DNA of 64,000 nucleotides from assembly GCA_035438765.1 (NCBI GenBank), contig DAORIZ010000002.1:65249-129248 (forward strand), given 5' to 3'. Numbering within the stretch: the stretch's first letter is position 1; each line of letters opens with the position of its first letter. Position numbers and translations under genes: made by a program. The notes under the pieces were generated by a model, which was given only the letters and a program-made list of their open reading frames with translations, was not told where the DNA came from and ran no database searches. Below are positions 1 to 8,559 of the stretch, one piece after another. This stretch comes from Burkholderiales bacterium. GTDB taxonomy: Bacteria > Pseudomonadota > Gammaproteobacteria > Burkholderiales > UBA11063.

Positions 1-1
1 T

Positions 2-427
2 GTATTTGCTGACTTTGAACCAATTGTTAAGCAATATAATTTTAGAATATTAGGTGAGGATGACTATGGTAGATTAGCAATTAGAAAGTATCTTTTAGAT
101 GAAGTTTGGCATCGAGCTAACCCAAGTAGCGAGGACTTCATGAATGAATGTAGTCCGGTTATGAGAGAAGATTACATAGATTTAGATGAGTGGTACGGTG
201 GTACCATGAATGTTATTGCTTATGTGTTTTACGATATAGAACTAAGGATTTTAAATTATCTTATGAAACGGAAAGATGAAGGAGTAACGGTAGATCAAAT
301 TATGGAAATAAATCAAAAACCAATTAACGATTTAGATTATAACGATTGGAACTGTGCACTAAAACCTCTTACAAGAGAATTTGTTGAGGTTGTGTTTAAT
401 GGCTCTCAAAACTTTGTTGTTCATTAA
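2..427 (+). CDS. hypothetical protein, N-terminus lies left of the window
   Basis: The frame of ORF 140..427 stays open back to nt 2 with no stop (VFADFEPIVKQYNFRILGEDDYGRLAIRKYLLDEVWHRANPSSEDF then MNECS...). No motif recognised. Confidence 0.4.
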   Translation, partial: VFADFEPIVKQYNFRILGEDDYGRLAIRKYLLDEVWHRANPSSEDFMNECSPVMREDYIDLDEWYGGTMNVIAYVFYDIELRILNYLMKRKDEGVTVDQIMEINQKPINDLDYNDWNCALKPLTREFVEVVFNGSQNFVVH

Positions 428-654
428 TGTATGCACTCATTATAAATGCAGAAAGTAACAAAATGGATATTATAGATATAGCTTTTAATATATTATTTAT
501 TGGTTTATTTTGCATGGTTACTATCGTACCGTATTTAATACGTAAAAAAGCAAGAAAAATTCTTGTTGACAAATATTTAAAAAGTAACCAAATTGTAAAT
601 CTTCTTGAAAATTCAAAATACTCAGATTTTGTTGTCAACATCCATGGAGTTTAG
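427..654 (+). CDS. small hydrophobic protein (hypothetical)
   Basis: 75-aa ORF whose ATG overlaps the upstream stop (TAATG). Contains one clear hydrophobic helix (IIDIAFNILFIGLFCMVTIVPYLI). Confidence 0.35.
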   Translation: MYALIINAESNKMDIIDIAFNILFIGLFCMVTIVPYLIRKKARKILVDKYLKSNQIVNLLENSKYSDFVVNIHGV

Positions 655-812
655 CGATTAAATAATTCACATTATGTGAGATTACTTAATGAATACCTTG
701 GTGATAATCAAAAATATACATTGCGAATCTTGAGGATTTATTATTCAGAAGCTGCTTTCAATTCGAAGGAAGAAGACTATAAAATTTTTAAACAAAATAT
801 GGAAAATAAAAA

Positions 813-1346
813 ATGATACGTAAGATTATCTTAATTACATTAAGTTCAACTTGTATAACTGTTTTCGCATCTACGCCAATTAATCAAGGTGCAAGCTTCG
901 ATATAGGATTTAGCCCAAATCAAGGTAGCCTACCACTTGTTATCAAAAGTATCAGTAGTGCCAAAACTTCAATCCATGTAGCTGCATATAGCTTTACGTC
1001 AAAGCCTATTTCTGAAGCGCTTCTGTCAGCTAAGAAGCGTGGTGTAGATGTCAAAGTTATTGCGGATGATAAAAGTAATTCAGGAAAGTATAGTGCAGTA
1101 ACTTATTTGGCCAATAATGGTATACCAGTAAAGCTAGATGGTAATTATCCAATTTTTCACCATAAATTTATGGTGATTGATGGTGTTAACCTTGAGACTG
1201 GCTCATTTAATTATAGTGCTGCTGCCGCCGATAAAAATGCTGAAAATGTTCTTTTACTCTGGAATGTGCCGCAAATTGCACAGACTTATGACAAAGAGTG
1301 GAGCCAGCTTTGGAATGAAGCACAGCCATTAAAAGCTAATTATTAA
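813..1346 (+). CDS. nuc: secreted phospholipase-D-family endonuclease (Nuc-like)
   Basis: N-terminal signal peptide (MIRKIILITLSSTCITVFAS). Single HKD motif HHKFMVIDG followed by GSFNYS. The 177-aa size is typical of plasmid Nuc nucleases. Confidence 0.75.
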   Translation: MIRKIILITLSSTCITVFASTPINQGASFDIGFSPNQGSLPLVIKSISSAKTSIHVAAYSFTSKPISEALLSAKKRGVDVKVIADDKSNSGKYSAVTYLANNGIPVKLDGNYPIFHHKFMVIDGVNLETGSFNYSAAAADKNAENVLLLWNVPQIAQTYDKEWSQLWNEAQPLKANY

Positions 1347-1366
1347 AAATAAGGAAATGGATCCCG

Positions 1367-1615
1367 ATGAAAAACCGCCAAAACCAAGAAATTATTTGTG
1401 CTCAGTGCAGTTTTAGTCATTCTAATCTTGCAGTGATTGATAATACAATAAAAGTAGAATATGATTGTACCAGCCCCGCAAGGCGGGCTTCATTGATTAA
1501 TGGTACTAAAAATTATAATGGATTAACGGAAAATCAATTAAATGAGCTACCTTTATCATGTGGAAGTGTAAACAATTCATGTGAATTTTATCAAAAAAAG
1601 TTAGGACGTAAATAA
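1367..1615 (+). CDS. hypothetical Cys-containing small protein
   Basis: 82-aa ORF with several Cys (CAQC...C...C...C). No family recognised. Confidence 0.3.
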   Translation: MKNRQNQEIICAQCSFSHSNLAVIDNTIKVEYDCTSPARRASLINGTKNYNGLTENQLNELPLSCGSVNNSCEFYQKKLGRK

Positions 1616-1638
1616 TCATTTTAGTAGGAAACAGTTAG

Positions 1639-2041
1639 ATGTCGCAATACCACTATATGCTTGTCCATGAAGGTAAAAATACTGAAGTATTTATGGGGTG
1701 GGATCGACCGCTTCAAGGTTTTTTTCTTGTAATTGATCAAGGTGGTGATGAACCGCTTTGGAGTAATACTTGAACCATTTATTCGAGAGTTACAATTGCG
1801 AGGGATAGAGTTACCTCGATTAATGACTATAGAAATGGAACAAGACCGCTTTAATAATGTGGGAAACAAATGTGTAGTTTATTGGGGGAGTGATGGTGAT
1901 AAAAGGATTCAGGTAGAAAAGAATGAATCTTTTGATGAATTATGTTTGAAATATTTATCGACTCCAGATGATCTAACTTACCATGGCAATTATAACACCT
2001 CAGTTGTGGCAGATAGCGATGCCAGTAAAGGTGGGATGTAA
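1639..2041 (+). pseudogene. possible frameshifted gene (44-aa ORF 1639..1773 plus ORF 1733..2041 in the next frame)
   Basis: ATG at 1639 gives MSQYHYMLVHEGKNTEVFMGWDRPLQGFFLVIDQGGDEPLWSNT*. The overlapping +1 frame continues ...ILEPFIRELQLRGIELP... A TAA at 1730-1732 closes that second frame upstream. Confidence 0.3.
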
Positions 2042-2043
2042 GA

Positions 2044-2787
2044 ATGAAATTACCTAATTATGACTTTTGTTCACCCGTGATTTTAAAAAGTGAAACATTT
2101 ACTGAAAATCATAGATTTATTAATAGAAAAATTAAATGTTTAGACTTTGTCATTGTCGATTCTATACTATGTAATGATGAAATTTGTATTAAAACAAATC
2201 ATGTATTCCGTAAAATGGATTTAGATACTAGATATAAAAATGAATGGGATGCGGAAGAGTATTCTTCAATTAATATAACAATTCCTATTCAGATAAATCA
2301 TAGTGGCGATTGGCAAAATTGTCAATCAGCTTATCATGAGCTATTTACACCTGGCAAGCACTTTGTACTTAATAATGTATCAATGAGTGGCGATTGTATT
2401 TATGGTAGGGCATATTTATGCATGGAATTTGATGAAATAATATCAAACAAAATGCCATTCAACTCTTGCAGAATCAGGTTATATCAATATGGGATAGACA
2501 ACTATTCTCCAATAATTTCTGCATTAATATGGAGTATGGGAGCTGAAGTTATTAAATTAACAGACCAACAGATTGAAGCAGAAAATGAAGCATCTCGACT
2601 CAGATGGGTGGAAGAGTTGCGACAGCTTGAATTACGTAAAGCAAAACAGATAACTTCAGATAAAGCTCTTGAAATTATCAGGCTTCGTGATGTTGAGAAA
2701 TTATCATTTGCACAGATTGCCAAAATGTTTGGGGTGGCTCCATCTACAATTTCGCGTAGTTATAAGCTTACAAAAATTACTGAATAA
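2044..2787 (+). CDS. hypothetical protein with C-terminal helix-turn-helix
   Basis: 247-aa ORF. The C-terminus LSFAQIAKMFGVAPSTISRSYK looks like a resolvase/sigma-type HTH. Confidence 0.45.
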   Translation: MKLPNYDFCSPVILKSETFTENHRFINRKIKCLDFVIVDSILCNDEICIKTNHVFRKMDLDTRYKNEWDAEEYSSINITIPIQINHSGDWQNCQSAYHELFTPGKHFVLNNVSMSGDCIYGRAYLCMEFDEIISNKMPFNSCRIRLYQYGIDNYSPIISALIWSMGAEVIKLTDQQIEAENEASRLRWVEELRQLELRKAKQITSDKALEIIRLRDVEKLSFAQIAKMFGVAPSTISRSYKLTKITE

Positions 2788-2797
2788 GGAATAATAA

Positions 2798-3265
2798 GTG
2801 AAAAATGATGAATTAATTATCTGTTTAAAAATATTGATCAAAAAATTCAATAGTATTAGTAAATTAGAGTTTGAGCAAGATGAATATTTGCTGCATAGTT
2901 GCTTTAAAGTAATTAATCTATTAACTACAAAGACTAGCATAAATTATTGTCATTTGGGGCGCCGAGTGCGAAATGCGATTGAACAAGATTTTGGGAAATT
3001 AAGTGACTTAACCAGTGAGCAAATAACTAGAACTAAATTAGGGTATTTACGCGGATTTATGCATAAACTTGAACCTCTTTATTCTGAGGAGGAGTACAAA
3101 ATAAATATAGAAGATTTTGATCCAATTGTCATGATGATTGAGAATCAAACAAATTTGATACTTCAGGATTGGATTACCCCTAACAGCGTTGTAAGGTTTT
3201 TTTCTACAGAAGATATGCTGCAAGAAATGTTAAATATGAAAATGCTTGAAAAAATCAAAAATTAG
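2798..3265 (+). CDS. hypothetical protein
   Basis: 155-aa ORF with GTG start, on the same strand as its neighbours. No motif recognised. Confidence 0.35.
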   Translation: MKNDELIICLKILIKKFNSISKLEFEQDEYLLHSCFKVINLLTTKTSINYCHLGRRVRNAIEQDFGKLSDLTSEQITRTKLGYLRGFMHKLEPLYSEEEYKINIEDFDPIVMMIENQTNLILQDWITPNSVVRFFSTEDMLQEMLNMKMLEKIKN

Positions 3266-3806
3266 TTTTCTATTTTGATTGTTTTTAAATTAGGTTTAAT
3301 CCGTTATCAATGGACTAAAGAAATTGTTCATTTTAACAATTTATAGAATATTTGTAATTTTAACTTTGGAGGTATTATGAAAAATAGAATATTTGAAATA
3401 ATGGCAATCTTAGGAATTACCGCTTGTGGTAGTGGCGGAGGAAGTTCTGGGAGTGGTAGTGTTACACCTTCGCCGACACCAACACCTGTTATTATTCCTA
3501 ATTGTGTTGGTTTTCCAATTTCAGTTACTTCGTTTGTTTCTGGTTATAAAGGAATGGTTGAGGTCACCAAAGATGGTACAACTGCTACTTATCCATCATT
3601 CGTAGATATATCATCGTATGATCCAGCTTATTATTGGAGCTATAATCGCTATGTATTTAGGGCTAGCCAAATGTTCTTAGATGTACCACAGAATTTAATA
3701 GAGATACAAGGTGGTAATCTTAAAAATACATTTACTAATGGAGTTTTGGTAACTAGTTTTGGATCGTCAAATCCTAATGTAAATATAGGGGAAAGTGTAA
3801 CAATTT

Positions 3807-5133
3807 GAGGGTGTTAAAATAATTGTGTAAATTTTATTCACTGTTATAATAAATGTTTGTAGCAGGAGTAGAAATGAACAAACAGTTAACCCAAGAAGAA
3901 ATGCTTGCTAAGGCTATGGATTTAATCGTCGAGTCAGGTGCAGATCTTAAAACCTTATTTGACCAAGATGGATTACTTAAGAAGCTAACCAAGTCGTTGG
4001 TTGAGCGTGCTTTGCAAGCTGAGATGACTAATCTTCTTGGTTATGAGAAGTACGAACGTAGTACAGCATCCAACGGGCGCAATGGTAGCAGTAAAAAAGA
4101 GCTGTTAACTGATAATGGTGTGGTTGATTTATCAATACCTCGAGACCGAGATGGGAAATTTGAACCATTGTTGTTACCCAAAGGACAAACACGAATACCC
4201 GGTCTAAATGAGAAGATTATCTCGTTATACGCTAAAGGCATGAGCGTTAATGACATTAAAACCCAGTTGTCTGAGCTTTATGGCGGTGCAGAAATTAGCA
4301 CCGCACTCATTAGCAAGATTACTGATGAGGTTATGGACGAAGTTGAAATCTGGCGCAAACGAGCATTAGAATCAGTGTATCCGATTGTATTCTTCGATTG
4401 TCTGGTAGTTAAAGTAAAACAAGATAAGCATATTATTAATAAAGCTGTATATGTTGCATTGGGCATTGATACAGAAGGCAAAAAAGATGTACTTGGAATC
4501 TGGCTCAGTGAAAACGAGGGGGCTAAGTTTTGGTTGTCAAACCTGACCGAGCTAAAAAATCGAGGCGTACAAGACATGCTGATTGCATGTACTGATAATT
4601 TGACAGGCATGACTGAAGCAATATCTGCAGTTTATCCCAAAACAGAACACCAGTTATGCATTGTTCACCAGATTCGTAACAGCTTGAAGTTTGTATCGTA
4701 CAAAGACCGCAAAGCTCTAGTAGCTGATTTAAAGCCAATTTATAAGGCATCAACCGAAGAAGTAGCTCTAGAAGCACTTGAAGATTTTGCTAAAAAATGG
4801 GATTCCCAATACCCATATATAACCAAATCTTGGTATAATAATTGGGATAATTTAGCGATATTTTTTCAGTATCCAGCGGAAATTCGTAGGGTGATTTATA
4901 CGACCAATGCTATCGAATCATTAAACAGCCAGCTCAGAAAAGTAACCAAAAACAAGCGTTCTTTTCCGAGCGATGATGCGGTGTTTAAAACACTATACCT
5001 AGCGATTGAATATATCACCAAAAAGTGGACAATGCCGATTCAAAACTGGAATCAAGCAATGGCATATTTTCTAATAAAATTTGAAGGTAGAATTTGAGGC
5101 GTGAAAAATTTACACAAAATAGTTAACACTCCC
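3807..5133 (+). mobile_element. IS256-family insertion sequence (1,327 bp)
   Basis: Imperfect terminal IRs: GAGGGTGTTAAAATAATTGTGTAAATTT at the left end, and GGGAGTGTTAACTATTTTGTGTAAATTT as the reverse complement of the right end. Flanked by an 8-bp direct repeat AACAATTT at 3799-3806 and 5134-5141. Confidence 0.85.
3874..5097 (+). CDS. IS256-family (mutator-type) transposase
   Basis: AGGAG sits 5 nt before the ATG at 3874; the ORF track starts at 3853. About 407 aa, with family-typical stretches (...ACTDNLTGMTEAI..., ...QLCIVHQIRNS..., ...YTTNAIESLN...). Confidence 0.9.
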   Translation: MNKQLTQEEMLAKAMDLIVESGADLKTLFDQDGLLKKLTKSLVERALQAEMTNLLGYEKYERSTASNGRNGSSKKELLTDNGVVDLSIPRDRDGKFEPLLLPKGQTRIPGLNEKIISLYAKGMSVNDIKTQLSELYGGAEISTALISKITDEVMDEVEIWRKRALESVYPIVFFDCLVVKVKQDKHIINKAVYVALGIDTEGKKDVLGIWLSENEGAKFWLSNLTELKNRGVQDMLIACTDNLTGMTEAISAVYPKTEHQLCIVHQIRNSLKFVSYKDRKALVADLKPIYKASTEEVALEALEDFAKKWDSQYPYITKSWYNNWDNLAIFFQYPAEIRRVIYTTNAIESLNSQLRKVTKNKRSFPSDDAVFKTLYLAIEYITKKWTMPIQNWNQAMAYFLIKFEGRI

Positions 5134-5247
5134 AACAATTTCAATTAATTATACAATAGCGTCAAATGTAACCTTTCCTGCTATTCCAGGTAATTATACC
5201 GCTCAATTTACATGCATTAGAAATGGGCTATAATTTGACTTTAAAGG

Positions 5248-5655
5248 ATGAATATTTTGAATAAACACCTAATAGTTACAATGATTTCATTGGCTGGTTT
5301 TTGCTTAGCTGATGATCAGGTAATTTCTCAGTATTTAGTTAATAATCTAAATGTTAATGTTCAATCCAGTGCTATTTTACAAGGTGTTCAACAAAATTCT
5401 CCGTCAAAAATTGTAATTAACTATGCTGGCGCTATGTACTTCCTCGCCAATGAAGTACGAGCTGACATTGCAGAACAATCATCTGTAGCAATTGAAATGA
5501 ATGCACTAAATCCTTATTACACATACTCAACTGGTCAAATAATAGTTACATTGATTGGTGATACACCTCAAAGTCAACCAGCGACTCCAGAAGCTTCTGT
5601 GAGTGGTAGTTTTTTTGATTACTCTAATCATGAACATAGCTTCTTTAACCAATAA
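5248..5655 (+). CDS. secreted hypothetical protein
   Basis: 135-aa ORF with a signal-peptide-like N-terminus (LIVTMISLAGFCLA). Confidence 0.4.
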   Translation: MNILNKHLIVTMISLAGFCLADDQVISQYLVNNLNVNVQSSAILQGVQQNSPSKIVINYAGAMYFLANEVRADIAEQSSVAIEMNALNPYYTYSTGQIIVTLIGDTPQSQPATPEASVSGSFFDYSNHEHSFFNQ

Positions 5656-5747
5656 GTAAATTTACATTGGAATTTTAAATCAGTTATGGAACTTGTTTTA
5701 TTATCAATTTAGGTATAAAAACAAACTCTCGAAATCATAATGCAGAA

Positions 5748-5769
5748 AAAGCACCAGTTAAGGTGCTTT
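5748..5769. terminator. bidirectional hairpin between convergent units
   Basis: AAAGCACC-agttaa-GGTGCTTT with A/T runs on both sides. Confidence 0.45.
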
Positions 5770-5813
5770 AAATTTTGTTTAAATGAAGAGTAGACAACTC
5801 CGCAGATTTACTT

Positions 5814-5927
5814 CTAATGTTTAGAATCAGAAGTCTTTTCATCTATTTCACGGTGAGTGCCAGCCCAATAAGCGACCATGCATACAAAGACCAAGAATAG
5901 AGTAAAGATTATTGCTTCACCACTCAT
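5814..5927 (-). CDS. 37-aa hydrophobic peptide (hypothetical)
   Basis: MSGEAIIFTLFLVFVCMVAYWAGTHREIDEKTSDSKH. Its ATG overlaps the stop of the upstream 65-aa ORF (ATGA). Below the length cutoff of the ORF track. Confidence 0.3.
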   Translation of the reverse strand: MSGEAIIFTLFLVFVCMVAYWAGTHREIDEKTSDSKH

Positions 5928-6121
5928 GATTGATTCCTTTCAAGAAACAAAGCAAAACTCTGAATAACACACCAAAACATTACTGTTAAGGCAATTTTAG
6001 CATAGATTGATTCAACATGCAACTGAGTAAAAATTGCACTCTGTGCCCAAGAAAGTAGCCTAAGTTGATCTGCCATTTTATCAAGTTGTTTTTGATTTAA
6101 CTTGATTTTCTTAAATTTCAT
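5924..6121 (-). CDS. 65-aa membrane protein (hypothetical)
   Basis: ORF downstream of the ArdC-like gene on the same strand, with a hydrophobic C-terminal half. Confidence 0.35.
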   Translation of the reverse strand: MKFKKIKLNQKQLDKMADQLRLLSWAQSAIFTQLHVESIYAKIALTVMFWCVIQSFALFLERNQS

Positions 6122-6188
6122 GATTACCTCATAAAAATGGGTAGCGCATGTTCACCAAAGGCGAACAATAGCCACCTTTGGTTTAAAA

Positions 6189-7010
6189 TTATGCTGCAAC
6201 TTGGTTAGTTTCAGCCGATTTAGATAGAGCCTTTATAATCTTGTCTACCGCACCAAAAATGCGCTGTACAGACCTTTCAGGAATTTCTGAGGTTAAAATA
6301 CAATTTTGGATATATCCTCGAGAATAGTATTTGCACTGTTCATCAAAAAGGCCTAAAAAACAACCGACCAGATATGCAGTCGACTCTGCCTCAACTTCGC
6401 GTAAGTCACGAGGGATCTCAATACCATGTATTGTTAAACCACCTTCGTCACGTTTATGAAGTAAGCAATGTGCAATCTCATGGAGAATTGTCTTTGTTGG
6501 ATATTTTGCGATAGGATTAATCGCAATCTCATTGCGGTTAGGATTAGCATAACCTTGAGAATTTAATGATTTTTGCTTTGAAAACAAAATTTCAGATATT
6601 CCAAGACCCGTAAGTAATTTGGCTTTATCAAACTCAGGAAATAATACTTCTGGAGTATAGAACTCATCTCCATTGGTATCATTAAGTTCAAATATGCATT
6701 TTTTAAGAAAGAATCTAGTAAACGTAAACTCTTCCATTTCTTCGCTATCTGGTGTGTCTCTGTAAGATTTAAAGCTTACCGGGACTAGGATATACTTAGC
6801 TTCTGCACCTTTGTTTACTCGTCGATTGACTTTTCCCCATTGTTTAAAAGTCGCAACTGGTGAATTCACACCTTGGGACTTTAGTAAAGCCATATTTCCA
6901 AAACTATAAGCATGAAAGTAGTAATAGTAATCCGCCAGTTGTCCTGGATTACTCAACACGTCTTTGAATAGATTTTGAAATAATTGTTTGTTTTCTTGAA
7001 TGTTTTTCAT
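6189..7010 (-). CDS. ArdC-like antirestriction protein (ssDNA-binding N-domain plus zinc metallopeptidase)
   Basis: HExxH motif ILHEIAHCLLH. The N-terminal segment ...VATFKQWGKVNRRVNKGAEAKYILVP... resembles the ArdC/DUF1738 domain. ATG at 7010 is preceded by AAGGA; the track's TTG start is at 7025. Confidence 0.6.
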   Translation of the reverse strand: MKNIQENKQLFQNLFKDVLSNPGQLADYYYYFHAYSFGNMALLKSQGVNSPVATFKQWGKVNRRVNKGAEAKYILVPVSFKSYRDTPDSEEMEEFTFTRFFLKKCIFELNDTNGDEFYTPEVLFPEFDKAKLLTGLGISEILFSKQKSLNSQGYANPNRNEIAINPIAKYPTKTILHEIAHCLLHKRDEGGLTIHGIEIPRDLREVEAESTAYLVGCFLGLFDEQCKYYSRGYIQNCILTSEIPERSVQRIFGAVDKIIKALSKSAETNQVAA

Positions 7011-7136
7011 GACAAAGTCCTTCAAAATGAAGGAACTGCATAGAGATCCCTAAGGACCACTAATGCAGTCCTTGGGATTAAATATTACATAACACTTAGT
7101 ATATGTATTTTATTTTTTGCAAATAAAGAAATATTT

Positions 7137-7160
7137 AAAATATATGCAATTGCGCATACG
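7137..7160 (+). promoter_or_regulatory. 24-bp box AAAATATATGCAATTGCGCATACG, repeated at 62051-62074
   Basis: 23/24 identity with 62051-62074. Contains TATGC-N6-GCATA dyad symmetry. Lies 64 nt upstream of the 7224 start codon. Confidence 0.5.
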
Positions 7161-7223
7161 AATTTATTTATTGAATAACCTAGAATACATCTATCGTTAA
7201 TAGAATTAAAATGAGGGTTAATT

Positions 7224-8009
7224 ATGTTAAATAAAGAAGATGCAGGAAATAAAAGATTTAGATTTTTGAATAACTTAAAAAACTGTTGTTGGCTAACTGG
7301 ATATATATTTAATTTAAGTGAAGATCGTAAAAGCTTTTACATTCGGCAATCAAATTATGCAACACATTTATTTTTAATTGAGCTTGATGCAAATGATTAT
7401 TTATCCGCGACTTTTAAAGAGGGTAGCGGTATCAAGCTTTATGCACGGATTGCATCTAAAGAGGTTTGCGGTTTAAATTCAGTAGTATTGAAACCTCTTT
7501 TTGTTGAAAAACCATCATTAGACGAATTACCTAGTATTGACAATTACACTAAAAATAAAACGCAAAGTACAGAGTTATTTAACCCATATACTGAGTTTGG
7601 TTTAGACAAGCCTAGCGGTAAAGCCTTGAATACTGTAATTATTGCTGGATTTATGGAGTCATTGGTATTTGCTACCAACCCTAAAGGTGAAATTAAACCT
7701 GATTGTTTATTGTTAGGATTGCGTGTTGGTAAAGATATGCTTATTCCAGTACGTATTTATGGTCAACGTTGTACAGTGCAATACCAACAAGTTAAGAAGA
7801 TGCGTAATCATGGTAAATATTCACCATTAGCCTTTCACAGTCAACTTAAATCAAAGCATGTTGTTGATGAAGATGGAAAAAATCATATTGTAACTTACAT
7901 TTTTGCTGATAAAATCAGATTCATGGATCAATCAAGTATTAATGAGTATTTCTTAGGTAAACCATTGTGGTTACATGACTTAATTAAGACCGAAGATCCT
8001 GCGGAATAA
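7224..8009 (+). CDS. hypothetical protein, first gene of a plus-strand transfer-associated block
   Basis: 261-aa ORF with RBS-like GAGGG upstream. No confident family; I only faintly recall a resemblance to ICE OB-fold replication proteins. Confidence 0.4.
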   Translation: MLNKEDAGNKRFRFLNNLKNCCWLTGYIFNLSEDRKSFYIRQSNYATHLFLIELDANDYLSATFKEGSGIKLYARIASKEVCGLNSVVLKPLFVEKPSLDELPSIDNYTKNKTQSTELFNPYTEFGLDKPSGKALNTVIIAGFMESLVFATNPKGEIKPDCLLLGLRVGKDMLIPVRIYGQRCTVQYQQVKKMRNHGKYSPLAFHSQLKSKHVVDEDGKNHIVTYIFADKIRFMDQSSINEYFLGKPLWLHDLIKTEDPAE

Positions 8010-8013
8010 ATGA

Positions 8014-8559
8014 ATGCCATTTAATATGGAAGCTCATCTTCAGTGCATTGGCGTAGTTCATGACGACAATGATTTTTCTAGTAGTGAGTATCAAATAATT
8101 TCAATCATCCGCCAAAAATTAAGAGCATCTTTATCCAATAATAAAAAACAATATGCTGGATTAAAGTGGTTTTTTGAGGAATGTAGTAGTACTGGGGGTG
8201 TTTCAATTAAAGAGTGTTGCAGTGTTCTAGGAATCCATCATCATTTGATTCAGATTCGACTGCAATATGAGCTGTACTTACATTGCCTGAGTGCAATAAC
8301 TCCGCTAAGAGGACACATTCCTCCAGCACTTGAGGATGAAATTTTGCTAACTTGTGGTCGCGATGAGCTACTACAGGCTCGGATAATTTGGAATAGCCCA
8401 GGTATTTCACAATTGGTAATTCAAAATAAATCTCTAATAGATAGTTTAAGTGAGCGCAGATTTATTGTTTGTAATAGTGATAAGCTGTATTTAACTGGAC
8501 GTAACCCAATACTTAATCAAAATATTAACTGGAGTAAATGCTGGAGCTTTTATGATTAA
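8014..8559 (+). CDS. hypothetical protein
   Basis: 181-aa ORF tightly packed with its neighbours. Confidence 0.4.
   Translation: MPFNMEAHLQCIGVVHDDNDFSSSEYQIISIIRQKLRASLSNNKKQYAGLKWFFEECSSTGGVSIKECCSVLGIHHHLIQIRLQYELYLHCLSAITPLRGHIPPALEDEILLTCGRDELLQARIIWNSPGISQLVIQNKSLIDSLSERRFIVCNSDKLYLTGRNPILNQNINWSKCWSFYD

Larger units (their letters stand above)
3377..5233 (+). pseudogene. lipoprotein gene interrupted by an IS256-family element
   Basis: Lipobox LGITAC followed by a GSGGGSSGSGS linker. The stop at 3806-3808 is created at the IS junction. After the IS is removed the frame continues ...VTISINYTIASNVTFPAIPGNYTAQFTCIRNGL* to 5233. Confidence 0.7.

Noticed and set aside
396-641. Numerous antisense or nested ORFs in the track (for example 396..641, 1621..1869, 2502..2940, 4041..4777, 8207..8410, 10199..10426, 13309..13623, 19317..20166, 24071..24322, 25841..26071, 30338..30961, 32144..33484, 34657..35436, 40533..40715, 43007..43856, 48097..48339, 52987..53217, 56628..56918, 57560..57853, 59453..59668, 63098..63292)
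   Set aside because: Each lies inside, and opposite or out of frame to, a longer ORF with recognisable motifs. Their compositions are Ser/Cys/Leu-skewed, as is typical of shadow ORFs in AT-rich DNA.
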